A model generated the notes under the pieces. It searched no databases and was not told the origin of the DNA. It saw only the letters and a list, made by a program, of their open reading frames with translations. Both the position numbers and the translations under genes were made by a program. This document shows, piece after piece, positions 1 to 8,804 of a DNA stretch of 64,000 nt (the stretch's first letter is position 1; every line of letters begins with the position of its first letter). The stretch is from Actinomycetes bacterium (GTDB lineage Bacteria > Actinomycetota > Actinomycetes > JAHEKZ01): NCBI GenBank assembly GCA_024644345.1, contig JAHELE010000004.1, positions 9,523 to 73,522 on the forward strand, in the 5' to 3' direction.

Positions 1-84
1 CCCTTTGCCGCCGTCCTCACGCTCGAAGCTGTGCGGTCGGTGCGCGGGTGGCCGGTCGGCGACGAACCTCCGGACGCGCAGTGA
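1..84 (+). CDS. Lycopene cyclase domain protein (CrtYc-like subunit), 3' end only
   Basis: Frame 1 reads PFAAVLTLEAVRSVRGWPVGDEPPDAQ*; TGA at 82-84 overlaps the next ATG (TGATG); resembles the C-terminus of heterodimeric lycopene cyclase subunits; carotenoid context. Confidence 0.55.
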   Translation, partial: PFAAVLTLEAVRSVRGWPVGDEPPDAQ

Positions 85-494
85 TGTCGTACACCCAGCT
101 CGCACTCGTCGGGGTCGCAGCAACTGTGCTCCTCGACCTTGGAATCCTGCGCACCAAATTGCTGCTGCGCCGGACGTTCTGGGTCGCATACGCGATCATC
201 ATCTTCTTCCAACTTCTCAGCAACGGCGTCCTCACCGGCTTTGAGATCGTGCGGTACTCAGCTGACGCGATCGTGGGGTCGGGGGGCCCCACCTTCATTG
301 GAGACGGTCGTATCGCGTATGCCCCCGTCGAAGACTTGCTCTTCGGCTTCGCGCTCGTCGTGCAGACCCTCATCTGGTGGGTGTGGTGGGGGCGTCGAGG
401 CGTGCAGTACGAGCCCGTGGCAGGTCCACCGCGCTGGCGGACAGCTCGGTCAGGCGACGCGACGGGCCCGGACAGCCTTGACCCAGGCCGGTAG
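84..494 (+). CDS. Lycopene cyclase domain membrane protein (CrtYd-like subunit)
   Basis: Hydrophobic; NGVLTG and APVEDLLFGF motifs typical of CrtYc/d-type cyclases; ATG at 84 coupled to the upstream stop. Confidence 0.8.
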   Translation: MSYTQLALVGVAATVLLDLGILRTKLLLRRTFWVAYAIIIFFQLLSNGVLTGFEIVRYSADAIVGSGGPTFIGDGRIAYAPVEDLLFGFALVVQTLIWWVWWGRRGVQYEPVAGPPRWRTARSGDATGPDSLDPGR

Positions 495-1364
495 GGCCAC
501 CTGCGCCCGGCGGGGTACCGACACCGTGGCGCGCTCGCTGAACACCTGGTAGTCGATCTTCTCGACGGCGTCGGCGATCCCGCAGTACAGCACCCGTGCG
601 GCGTCGATGCACGGTTGGCTGTCGGGTGACAGAAGGGCGATCCCTGGGCGCGAAGCCTGCTCAAGGCGACGGACGCGCTCGATCTCGAACATCAGCAGCT
701 CGCGCACCGGTTCGGTGACAACCCGTTCCTCGAGGTCGGCGCGCGTCACCCCGAAGCGACTCAAGTCTGCCAGCGGCAGGTAGAGACGTCCTCGATCGAG
801 ATCCTCACCGACATCACGGATGAAGTTGGCCAGCTGGAAGGCGACGCCTAGGTCCATGGCGTAGTCGTAGGCGGCATCTGAACGTGGCTCGAGAATTGGC
901 ACCATCTGCAGGCCGATGACGGCGGCCGAGCCGTACACGTACTCGTACAAGGCGTCGTAGTCGGCGTACTCGGTGACGGTGAGGTCCATCGCCATCGAAT
1001 GGAGGAACGCCTCGAAGTGTGCGCGCGGAATGTCCCAGCGGTTGACGGTGTCGAGAACCGCGCGGCAAATCGGATCATCGCTGTGCCCGCGGTCGAAGTC
1101 TGCGAGGAACTGGGTCCCCCAAGCATGAAGGTGGTCGGCCTTCTGCTGGTCGGTGAGTGAGCTGGCAAGGTCGTCGACGATCTCGTCTGCATAGCGGGCG
1201 AAGCCGTAGAGCGCATGAACGTAGGGGCGCTTGTGAGGGGGGAGAAGGAGCGTGGCGAGATAGTAGGTCTTGCCGTGGGTGGCGTTGAGCCTCCGGCAGG
1301 CCTCATAGCTCTCGCGCAGCTGAGGGCCGGCGATCCCGGCGGCGTCCAGCTCTCTTTGGCTCAC
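450..1364 (-). CDS. crtB: Phytoene synthase
   Basis: HGKTYYLAT, YGFARYADEIVDD and FQLANFIRDVGEDL motifs; start set at GTG 1364. Confidence 0.93.
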   Translation of the reverse strand: MSQRELDAAGIAGPQLRESYEACRRLNATHGKTYYLATLLLPPHKRPYVHALYGFARYADEIVDDLASSLTDQQKADHLHAWGTQFLADFDRGHSDDPICRAVLDTVNRWDIPRAHFEAFLHSMAMDLTVTEYADYDALYEYVYGSAAVIGLQMVPILEPRSDAAYDYAMDLGVAFQLANFIRDVGEDLDRGRLYLPLADLSRFGVTRADLEERVVTEPVRELLMFEIERVRRLEQASRPGIALLSPDSQPCIDAARVLYCGIADAVEKIDYQVFSERATVSVPRRAQVALPAWVKAVRARRVA

Positions 1365-1484
1365 TTGCCCATCCTGCCGCACGTTGACGTCTCAGGGCGC
1401 GGTGAGTGCGAGTAGCGTGGGGGAGGTACCGAGTAACTCGGCGATTGGCCGGTGTGTGCCGGTGACGCTTGGAAGGTGTGAGCG

Positions 1485-1985
1485 ATGACCACTGAGCCGT
1501 TGGAAGAGCCAGTTGATGTCAACGACCCTGAGCTGTTCGGGTCGCTCGAGGCTGACGAGGCGCCAGCCACGGTGCAGGAGGCGTTTGAGGGACGCCGGGG
1601 CGTCCACCTGCTGGACGGCGAAGTTGGTCCTGTCCGTCGCGAGGCGTTGGAGCACGAGTGGCACGCCGTCACGCTCGACACCACAGGGGTCGAGGATCGC
1701 GATGGCTTCGTCGCCGCGCTCTCGGATGCCTTCGACCTGTCAGATCTGGGGGCGGGTTCGTGGGACGTTCTCGACCAGCATCTGCGTGCGCTCGACCTCG
1801 ATGAGCCCAACGGCCTGCTCGTCTGCTGGGATGGTTGGGGATCGTTCGCCGACGCCGACCCGGACAGCTTCGAGATGGCCATCGAGATCTTTCAGGATGC
1901 GTGTATCGCATGGCAGTACGACAAGTTCCAGGCCGCCGTTGTGCTGGTCGGCGAGGGGCCGGAGACCGACGTTCCCACCTGGTGA
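1485..1985 (+). CDS. Barstar (ribonuclease inhibitor) family protein
   Basis: Very acidic; 'AFDLSDLGAGSWDVLDQHLRAL...LLVCW' resembles the barstar F-x-F-P..G-x-N-W-D-A-L core. Confidence 0.65.
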   Translation: MTTEPLEEPVDVNDPELFGSLEADEAPATVQEAFEGRRGVHLLDGEVGPVRREALEHEWHAVTLDTTGVEDRDGFVAALSDAFDLSDLGAGSWDVLDQHLRALDLDEPNGLLVCWDGWGSFADADPDSFEMAIEIFQDACIAWQYDKFQAAVVLVGEGPETDVPTW

Positions 1986-1999
1986 GGGCCAGACACCGA

Positions 2000-3499
2000 T
2001 CAGCGTGTGGCGCGCGAGCGATAGGTGAGGTCGGGACCGGTGATCCGCTCGGCTGCCAGGCGTCCGGAGATCAGCACCATCGGCACTCCCACGCCCGGCG
2101 TGGTGCCTGATCCGGCGAAGACGATGTTGTCTCCCCAGAGGTTCTTGGGTCGGAAAGGCCCGGTCTGGGAGAAGGAGTGCGCGGAGGCGAATGGGGATCC
2201 GTCGGCCATGCCCTGACTCCTCCAGTCATCGGGATCGATGATGTGCTCGACCTCGATGGCGTCGCTGAACCCGACGTAGCCACGTCCTTCCAGCACAGCA
2301 AGCACACGATCCCGGTACCTCGGACGTTCCCTGGCCCAGTCGATGTCAGCCGACGTGTTAGGTGTCGGGAAGAAGATGTAGAAGATCTCGCGCCCGTCCG
2401 GCGCAAGGCTCGGGTCGGAGTGCGTGGGGTTGGACACCAAGAAGCTCGGGTCGCTCATCAGCTCGCCGCGGTCGATCAGCTCATCGAACACCCCCCGCCA
2501 GGAACGTCCGAAGTGAATGTTGTGGTGTACGACCTTTGAGTAGGACGCAGCGGAACCGGCGAGCAACAGGAAGCAGGAGGGGGAGTAGCGCAGCCGACGG
2601 ACCGACCACGGTTCCTCGCCCAGGAGCTCGCGCATGGCCACTGGAAGGTCCGGGCTGACCACAACGGCGTCACACGCGATCCGCTCGCCGTATGCGGTGT
2701 GGACGGCAACCGCTCGTGGTCCGCGTCGTTCGATGTGAATGACGTCAGTGTCGTACCGGATGTCGGCCCCGTGCTTGGTGGCTGCAGCAGCCATTGCTTC
2801 TGGGACGGCATGCATCCCTCCATCCGGCGCGTACACGCCGGCAACGGAGTCCATGTAGGCGATCACGCAGTAGAGCGCGAGGGCGTCGAAGGGCGACATT
2901 CCCGCGTACATCGCCTGGAACGACAGGACGCGCTGCATGCGTGAGTCCTTGAGATACTGCTCGACCTTCGGTGCCATCCGACGGAACCCGCCCAGCGCGG
3001 CGAGGCGGGCGAGATTGGGTGTGAGGAGGTCAAGGGGTGAGTCGATGTTGCGATCGATGAAGTCGGCCATCTCGTAGCGGTAGAGGCGCGTGACGAACTC
3101 GACGTAACGTTCGTAGCCGGCGGCCTCGTCAGGCCCGCACACCCGGCGAACCTCCTCGGCCATGGCGGCCGGATCAGCCTTGACGTCGAGGCACGTGCCA
3201 TCGGCGTACCAGGCACGGTACAGCGGGTCGATCGGTCGCAGGGTCAGCCAGTCGCGCATCTCTTCACCGACACAGTCGAAGGCGTCCGCGATGAGGTCAG
3301 GCATGGTCAACACCGTGGGTCCGTTGTCGAATCGGTAGCCGCCATCGGCGATGACGCCGGCGCGGCCCCCCGGTACCGATGCCCGCTCGAGAACGGTGAC
3401 GCGTCGACCGGCACCGACCAGCCGCATCGCTGCCGACAGTCCGGCAAGTCCGGCTCCGATGACGACCACGTGGTCGGTAGGACCCTTGACGGTGCGCAT
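2000..3499 (-). CDS. crtI: Phytoene desaturase
   Basis: N-terminal GAGLAGL FAD motif, FDNGPTVLTMP, C-terminal PGVGVPMVLISGRLAAERI. Confidence 0.93.
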   Translation of the reverse strand: MRTVKGPTDHVVVIGAGLAGLSAAMRLVGAGRRVTVLERASVPGGRAGVIADGGYRFDNGPTVLTMPDLIADAFDCVGEEMRDWLTLRPIDPLYRAWYADGTCLDVKADPAAMAEEVRRVCGPDEAAGYERYVEFVTRLYRYEMADFIDRNIDSPLDLLTPNLARLAALGGFRRMAPKVEQYLKDSRMQRVLSFQAMYAGMSPFDALALYCVIAYMDSVAGVYAPDGGMHAVPEAMAAAATKHGADIRYDTDVIHIERRGPRAVAVHTAYGERIACDAVVVSPDLPVAMRELLGEEPWSVRRLRYSPSCFLLLAGSAASYSKVVHHNIHFGRSWRGVFDELIDRGELMSDPSFLVSNPTHSDPSLAPDGREIFYIFFPTPNTSADIDWARERPRYRDRVLAVLEGRGYVGFSDAIEVEHIIDPDDWRSQGMADGSPFASAHSFSQTGPFRPKNLWGDNIVFAGSGTTPGVGVPMVLISGRLAAERITGPDLTYRSRATR

Positions 3500-3502
3500 G
3501 AG

Positions 3503-4570
3503 CTATCCGGAGCGCTTGGTGGCAGCGAGGGTGAGGTCGTCGAGCACTCCGTGGGCTGGCTGGGCCAGCGAGCCCAACGCTTGCTGGGACTCGTCGACCA
3601 GCGTGGCGATGAGATCCTCGACGTATGTGAGCGCGCCCGTCTCGTTGATCAGGGATCGCAGGTCGTCGACTCCCTCAGGCGACAGGTGCGGGTCTCCGAG
3701 GTGTCGGTGCAGCAGGGCCAGCTGCGCCGGGCTGCTGCGTTCGGCCGTCACCGCGATCAGCACAGTGCGCTTGCCCTCGCGGAGATCATCCCCGGCCGGC
3801 TTTCCCGTGATCGCCGGGTCGCCGAAGACGCCGAGCACGTCATCGCGAAGCTGGAATGCCTCACCGAGGGGGATGCCGTACGCGCTGTACCTGTCGAGCA
3901 GCTCTCGGGGGGCTCCGGCGAGCGCCGCCCCGAGGTGGAGTGGCCCCTCGACGGTGTACTTGGCCGCCTTGTAGCGGGCCACCCTCAGGGCGCGATCGAC
4001 CGAGCCCCCTCCTCTGGCCTGCTCGAGCAGGTCGAGGTACTGCCCCGCCATCAGCTCGGTGCGCATGCGGTCATAGACGGGTTTGGCGCGGACCAGCGCT
4101 TCCTGCGGCAGCGGAGAGGAGAAAAGCATCTCGTCGGCCCAGGTCAATGCGAGGTCACCGAGCAGGATGGCTGCGCCGGTTCCAAAGGCGTCCGGCGACC
4201 CGTTCCACTGGGCCGTCCGATGGAGTCCGGCGAACTTGCGATGCGCGCTGGGCTGGCCACGTCTGGTGTCGGAGTCGTCCATGACGTCGTCGTGGATCAG
4301 GGCACACGCCTGCAGAAACTCAAGCGAAGCGACCGCGCGCACAACTTCAGGCGTGTCGTCTCCGCCGGCCCCACGCCAGCCCCAGTAGGCGAAGGCGGGC
4401 CGGAGACGCTTGCCCCCCGCGAGCAGTGAGCGTGCTGCGTCGAGGATCGGAAGCAGCTCGTCGGCCACGGCGTCGAGTACCGGCTGCTGGGTCTCGAGGA
4501 ACGCCTCCAGCTCTTTGTGGACGCGCACCCGTAGGTCCTCAACGTCCAGCGGCGAGTGTTGCAGGGCCAT
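3503..4570 (-). CDS. crtE: Geranylgeranyl diphosphate synthase (CrtE/IdsA)
   Basis: GGKRLRP, LIHDDVMD, GQYLDL and FQLRDDVLG polyprenyl synthase motifs; ATG 4570 chosen. Confidence 0.88.
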   Translation of the reverse strand: MALQHSPLDVEDLRVRVHKELEAFLETQQPVLDAVADELLPILDAARSLLAGGKRLRPAFAYWGWRGAGGDDTPEVVRAVASLEFLQACALIHDDVMDDSDTRRGQPSAHRKFAGLHRTAQWNGSPDAFGTGAAILLGDLALTWADEMLFSSPLPQEALVRAKPVYDRMRTELMAGQYLDLLEQARGGGSVDRALRVARYKAAKYTVEGPLHLGAALAGAPRELLDRYSAYGIPLGEAFQLRDDVLGVFGDPAITGKPAGDDLREGKRTVLIAVTAERSSPAQLALLHRHLGDPHLSPEGVDDLRSLINETGALTYVEDLIATLVDESQQALGSLAQPAHGVLDDLTLAATKRSG

Positions 4571-4656
4571 GATCGGGAGGCTATCTGCCGGTCGGCGGGA
4601 GCGCAGCCCGAGGGCGGTTCCAGATGGTGGAACACGTCGTCGTAGGCTCTCGCCCC

Positions 4657-5568
4657 ATGTCTGCTCCCACGGTTGCCCCCGTCTCCGCGCCCGGTGTCGC
4701 CGACCTGCTGCGTCAAGGTCGTCACTCATGGTCGTTCGAGCTGTTCCCACCGAAGACCGACGCTGGGGAACATCAGCTGTGGCAGACGATCCGTGCGCTG
4801 GAGTCGTCTGCTCCGACGTTCGTGTCCGTTACCTACGGAGCGGGTGGCTCGACACGTGACCGCACGGTGCGCCTCACCGAGCGGATCGCGAGTGAGACGA
4901 CCCTCACGCCGGTCGGGCATCTGACCTGTGTCGGGGCAAGCAGGGCCGAGCTGCGGGCGGTCATCGGCTCGTACGCCGCCGTGGGCGTCCGAAACCTGTT
5001 GGCGCTGCGGGGGGATCCGCCGGGCGGTCCCGGCTCGCCGTGGGAGCCGCATCCGGAGGGGCTGCACAACGCCGACGAGCTGGTGGCGCTGGCTCGATCC
5101 CTTGGAGATCTGTGCGTCGGGGTCGCTGCCTTCCCGGACGGACATCCGGAGTCGCCCGATCGGGAGGAAGATGCGCTGGCCCTGGTCCGCAAGGCAGATG
5201 CCGGTGCCGAGTTCGCCATCACGCAGTTCTTCTTCGACATCGCCGAGTACCGCGACCTGGTGCGGCGCGTCCGCCGCCATGGATGCAGCATCCCGGTAAT
5301 CCCGGGGATCCTGCCGATCACGGATGTGTCGCAGCTCGTGCGGTTCGCCGAGCTGTCGGGGACTCCGATCCCGCATGAGGTGATCCAGCGGCTGGAGCCG
5401 GTAAAGGACGACCCCGAGGCCGTCCGCACGATCGGTGTCGACATGGCCACCGAGCTGTGTCAGAGGCTGCTCGACGAGGGGGCGCCTGGCCTGCATCTCT
5501 ACACGCTCAACCGGTCGACAGCCACGCGCGAGATCTACTCAAACCTCGACCTCAGCCACCGTCCCTGA
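4657..5568 (+). CDS. metF: 5,10-methylenetetrahydrofolate reductase
   Basis: SFELFPPK, SVTYGAGG, HLTC, LALRGD, ITQFFF and HLYTLN motifs. Confidence 0.95.
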   Translation: MSAPTVAPVSAPGVADLLRQGRHSWSFELFPPKTDAGEHQLWQTIRALESSAPTFVSVTYGAGGSTRDRTVRLTERIASETTLTPVGHLTCVGASRAELRAVIGSYAAVGVRNLLALRGDPPGGPGSPWEPHPEGLHNADELVALARSLGDLCVGVAAFPDGHPESPDREEDALALVRKADAGAEFAITQFFFDIAEYRDLVRRVRRHGCSIPVIPGILPITDVSQLVRFAELSGTPIPHEVIQRLEPVKDDPEAVRTIGVDMATELCQRLLDEGAPGLHLYTLNRSTATREIYSNLDLSHRP

Positions 5569-5575
5569 CCGCACG

Positions 5576-5628
5576 GCCCGCCGAGTGCACACCTGATTGA
5601 CGTTCAAGCCCGCCGAGTGCACACCTGA
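5576..5628 (+). repeat. Left inverted repeat: two copies of GCCCGCCGAGTGCACACCTGA (5576-5596, 5608-5628), 32-bp period
   Basis: Read directly; matches the reverse complement of 7199-7251 at 48 of 53 positions. Confidence 0.95.
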
Positions 5629-5711
5629 AGGACAGTTGCTCCCGTCTCGTAGCGTGGTGAGAGCTCGAGACGTCGCATGAATAGGGCGTTTCTGCGACAG
5701 GTGGCTAGGTA

Positions 5712-6560
5712 TCACATGTCCTTGGTTGGCGGTGGCCCAATGATCGTGGAGTCGGATCCGTCCGCATACTCAACGATGAACGTCTTTCGGCCGCTAGGCG
5801 ACGAGCAGGCGGTGTCGGAGGCAACTAACGTTGAAGCCTCGTACTGGCCCTCCTCGAAGACCAGATCGTCCATCTCCCACCCAGGTGATGACAGACGAAC
5901 TGTCGCCGCTCTCCCTCTCGGGTTGGTGAAGTTGTACTCCCGTTCCACCTCGCATCGGTTCTTGCTCCCCGATCCCACCTCGACTTGCATGGGCAGCCCA
6001 CACCATTGGGCCACGAGGTCCGGCAACTCTGGGGTGGTCACTGTCGCGTGGCGTTGTCCGCTGTCGGTGTCGATGGTCACATTCACCGCTTCCCAAACAT
6101 CGGTCAGCGCACAGTCGGGGACGAAGGTGAAATTCAGCGAGACCTTCTTCGACCCGGAGATGTCCACAAACTCGAAACCCACGTCAGGGTCGGAGACCGT
6201 GTTGTCCCAGAGAAACCCGGTGGAATCACCGACGACGAGGTCCTGATCCAGCGACGTACCCGTCACCCGAGTCGGGGTGGACGACCCCCACTCAGTGAAC
6301 AGAACCACCCCGGCATCGTCGTTGGTCCAAAGTTCCTGGACCTTCAGGCTGTCGGAATCTGCGTCCATCAGCACCCATCCTGTGACAGCGACTGTGCTCA
6401 ATAGGACACCGATTGCCGCGACCCACACCCAAGGTGCCCGGTGTTGAGGCTCAATGCCCTCTCCTGCTGGGCTCGTCGTCTCCACGCCGCAAGTATGAGG
6501 CACCACGCGGCGATACCGCGTGCCTTCGACTCCCTCCACACCCCCGAATCCACGGTCCAA
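5712..6560 (-). CDS. Hypothetical membrane-anchored extracytoplasmic protein (start uncertain)
   Basis: Long ORF with one hydrophobic segment (WVWVAAIGVLLSTVAVTGWVLM) followed by an acidic, beta-rich, Cys-containing domain. Confidence 0.6.
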   Translation of the reverse strand: MDRGFGGVEGVEGTRYRRVVPHTCGVETTSPAGEGIEPQHRAPWVWVAAIGVLLSTVAVTGWVLMDADSDSLKVQELWTNDDAGVVLFTEWGSSTPTRVTGTSLDQDLVVGDSTGFLWDNTVSDPDVGFEFVDISGSKKVSLNFTFVPDCALTDVWEAVNVTIDTDSGQRHATVTTPELPDLVAQWCGLPMQVEVGSGSKNRCEVEREYNFTNPRGRAATVRLSSPGWEMDDLVFEEGQYEASTLVASDTACSSPSGRKTFIVEYADGSDSTIIGPPPTKDM

Positions 6561-6628
6561 CGTGCCTGTCGCCTCAAGCCGAAGGGGTCACGAGTGTGCG
6601 CTCCTGCTGTTCCTGGGAACCTGGTGCG

Positions 6629-7054
6629 GTGACAATCCGTCGTATCCGGGTGAAGCAGGCTGTGTTGGCGGCTGCAGTCCTTGGTCTTGTGACCCTGACA
6701 GGCTGCACCGCTGACGCTGACAAGGTTCAGGCCCACGGAAGCGCTGACTGCTCAACGGTGGTGAGGTACGAGGGCAGCGTCTACAGAGAAGTGGGCTTCA
6801 GCCGAGCCGAAACTGAACCGTTGGGCGAGGCTGAGGTCGCGGAGTGTCATGACGCCGGCCCCCCTGCCGAGGGGCCATCCTTCCCTGACAATCCCGACTT
6901 CGTGACGGTTGCCGCCTTCAAGGATTCGAACCAAGCCCAAGTTCTAGCGCTGGGTTACGGGGACCCATCTAGACCACTCTCGCGAATAATGGTCAACGAA
7001 GAACTTTCGCCGAAGAAGGTGGAAGGCATCAGAGCGAAACTCCAACGACCTTGA
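6629..7054 (+). CDS. Putative lipoprotein (DUF6281-like)
   Basis: Basic N-terminus, hydrophobic core and lipobox LTGC; 'DCSTVVRYEGSVY...LGEAEVAECHD' recalls DUF6281. Confidence 0.6.
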   Translation: MTIRRIRVKQAVLAAAVLGLVTLTGCTADADKVQAHGSADCSTVVRYEGSVYREVGFSRAETEPLGEAEVAECHDAGPPAEGPSFPDNPDFVTVAAFKDSNQAQVLALGYGDPSRPLSRIMVNEELSPKKVEGIRAKLQRP

Positions 7055-7198
7055 CCAAATGAGCACTGCAGAAAGTTGCTGAATGCCGTGCCGTCGACAC
7101 CGATCTTCGGTGGCTCGGACTCACGTCGTTCACCCGGTGTTCCCGTGCCGCCTCAGAAGCGGTGATTCATGCGACGGCCCGCGATCCCGCGACGTGAC

Positions 7199-7251
7199 TC
7201 AGGTGTGCACTCGGCGCGCCAAAACGTCACTCAGGTGTGCACTCGGCGGGC
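7199..7251 (-). repeat. Right inverted repeat: two copies of the same 21-mer on the minus strand (7231-7251 exact, 7199-7219 one mismatch)
   Basis: TCAGGTGTGCACTCGGCGGGC at 7231-7251; same 32-bp period as the left end. Confidence 0.95.
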
Positions 7252-7268
7252 TCTGAGGTGGTGGGGGT

Positions 7269-8771
7269 CTAGGCGGGGCCGATGAGGTCGGCCACGATCG
7301 CCGCTGACATTCCCACGAGGGGGAGCCCTCCTCCTGGGTGTGCCGACCCGCCCACGAGGAACAGGCCCGGAACCGGCGAGCGGTTGGCTGCCCTCAAGAA
7401 AGCCGCACGTGCGCCGTTGCTCGACGTTCCATAGATCGACCCTCCAGGCGAGCGGGTGGTGCGCTCGAGGTCGGCGGGGGTCCGGGTCTCTGCCCAGAGC
7501 AGACGCTGACGGACGTCGTGGCCCCGCGCTGCGAGGACGTCGAGTACCCGCTCGCTGTATCGGGCTACGAGGGCCGGATCAGCCCAGTCGACACCGTTGG
7601 CCGGGTCATGTCGGGGTGCGTTCACCAGGACGAACCAGGACTCGTGCTCGTCATCGGGACGCATCGACGGGTCGTCGGGGCGGCACACGTAGATCGCGGG
7701 GTCGTCGACCGGTCGTGGCACGCGTCCGAAGATCGCATCGAACTCAGCGTCGTAGGTGGCGGGGAAGAGCACGTTGTGATGCTGCATTCCTGGGGTGCGT
7801 CCACGAACGGCCAGGAGCATCACGAATCCTGCCAGTGACGGTGTCGCCCTCCGGAGCCGCCGGAGGGGCGCCCCAGCCGCAGAGTCGTCGAGCAGGTGCC
7901 CGTACAGACTCGTGGCGTCGGCGTCCGACACCACAATGTCGGCATCGAGGTGGTCACCAGAGGCGAGCGCGACACCCGCTACGCGTCCAGCCTCGCTGCG
8001 TACCCGCGTGACGTCGGCGCCGAAGTGAAAGGTGATGTCGCGGTCGACGCACCGCTGGTGAAGGGCTTCGGCGAGCTGGCCGATACCGCCCCCGATGTGC
8101 CACGCACCAAAGGTCTGCTCGACGAACGGGATGACCGCCAGAGCTGCAGGAGCCTTGCGGGGGTCAGACCCGGTGTAGGTGGCATACCGGTCCAGGAGCG
8201 TGATGAGCCGGGGGTCGCTGAAGTACTGCTCTCCCAGTCTTCGCAGGGTCTTCCACGGGGCAACGGTGCGCAGATCCGACCATTTGCGCAGATGGGGCAG
8301 CAGGTCGAGTGGCCCCGAGAGCGGTGACTCGAGGAACGGCACCCGGGTGGCCGCCCACAGGTCCGCCGATCGCCTGCTGAAGCGTTTCCAGTCACGCTCG
8401 GCCGTCCCCCCGAGCGCCTGGCCCAAGGACGCAGCGACCCGGTTGCTGTTGCTGCCGGGTAGCACCGCCGTGGTGCCGTCGGCCCAGCGGTAGCCGAATG
8501 CCGGGTCGAGCCCACGCAGGTCGACGTTGTCCTCGAGGGACGCGCCCTTCCGGCGGACTGGTGTCTTGAGAAACAGATCGCGGTACACCGCAGGCAGGGT
8601 CAGAAGCGAGGGGCCGGTGTCGAAGGCGAAACCCTCGCGACGATAGGTCTCCACCTTGCCACCGGCACGCGTCGACTGCTCGACTACCGAGACCTGATGA
8701 CCCTGCGCGGACAAGCGGGCCGCGGCAGCCATGCCGCCCATGCCAGCGCCGACCACCACCACCGAAGCCAC
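7269..8771 (-). CDS. Second CrtI-family carotenoid oxidoreductase (likely CrtD-type 3',4'-desaturase)
   Basis: GAGMGG FAD motif, FDTGPSLLTLP, RYATYTGSDP, HPGGGLPLVGMSA; near cruF and the glycosyltransferase. Confidence 0.8.
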   Translation of the reverse strand: MASVVVVGAGMGGMAAAARLSAQGHQVSVVEQSTRAGGKVETYRREGFAFDTGPSLLTLPAVYRDLFLKTPVRRKGASLEDNVDLRGLDPAFGYRWADGTTAVLPGSNSNRVAASLGQALGGTAERDWKRFSRRSADLWAATRVPFLESPLSGPLDLLPHLRKWSDLRTVAPWKTLRRLGEQYFSDPRLITLLDRYATYTGSDPRKAPAALAVIPFVEQTFGAWHIGGGIGQLAEALHQRCVDRDITFHFGADVTRVRSEAGRVAGVALASGDHLDADIVVSDADATSLYGHLLDDSAAGAPLRRLRRATPSLAGFVMLLAVRGRTPGMQHHNVLFPATYDAEFDAIFGRVPRPVDDPAIYVCRPDDPSMRPDDEHESWFVLVNAPRHDPANGVDWADPALVARYSERVLDVLAARGHDVRQRLLWAETRTPADLERTTRSPGGSIYGTSSNGARAAFLRAANRSPVPGLFLVGGSAHPGGGLPLVGMSAAIVADLIGPA

Positions 8772-8804
8772 GTCCGGAGCGTACGGGTGGCTAGTGTCGG
8801 CGTC

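Noticed and set aside
450..494. 45-bp convergent 3' overlap of the cyclase subunit and crtB as antisense regulation
   Set aside because: The overlap encodes a low-complexity tail and is common in GC-rich genomes
5576..7251. CRISPR array from the 21-bp repeats
   Set aside because: Only two copies per end, 11-bp similar spacers, inverted arrangement, no cas genes
5576..7251. Autonomous IS element or integron cassette
   Set aside because: No DDE, HUH or tyrosine recombinase motifs in the enclosed ORFs, no clear target duplication, no convincing attC
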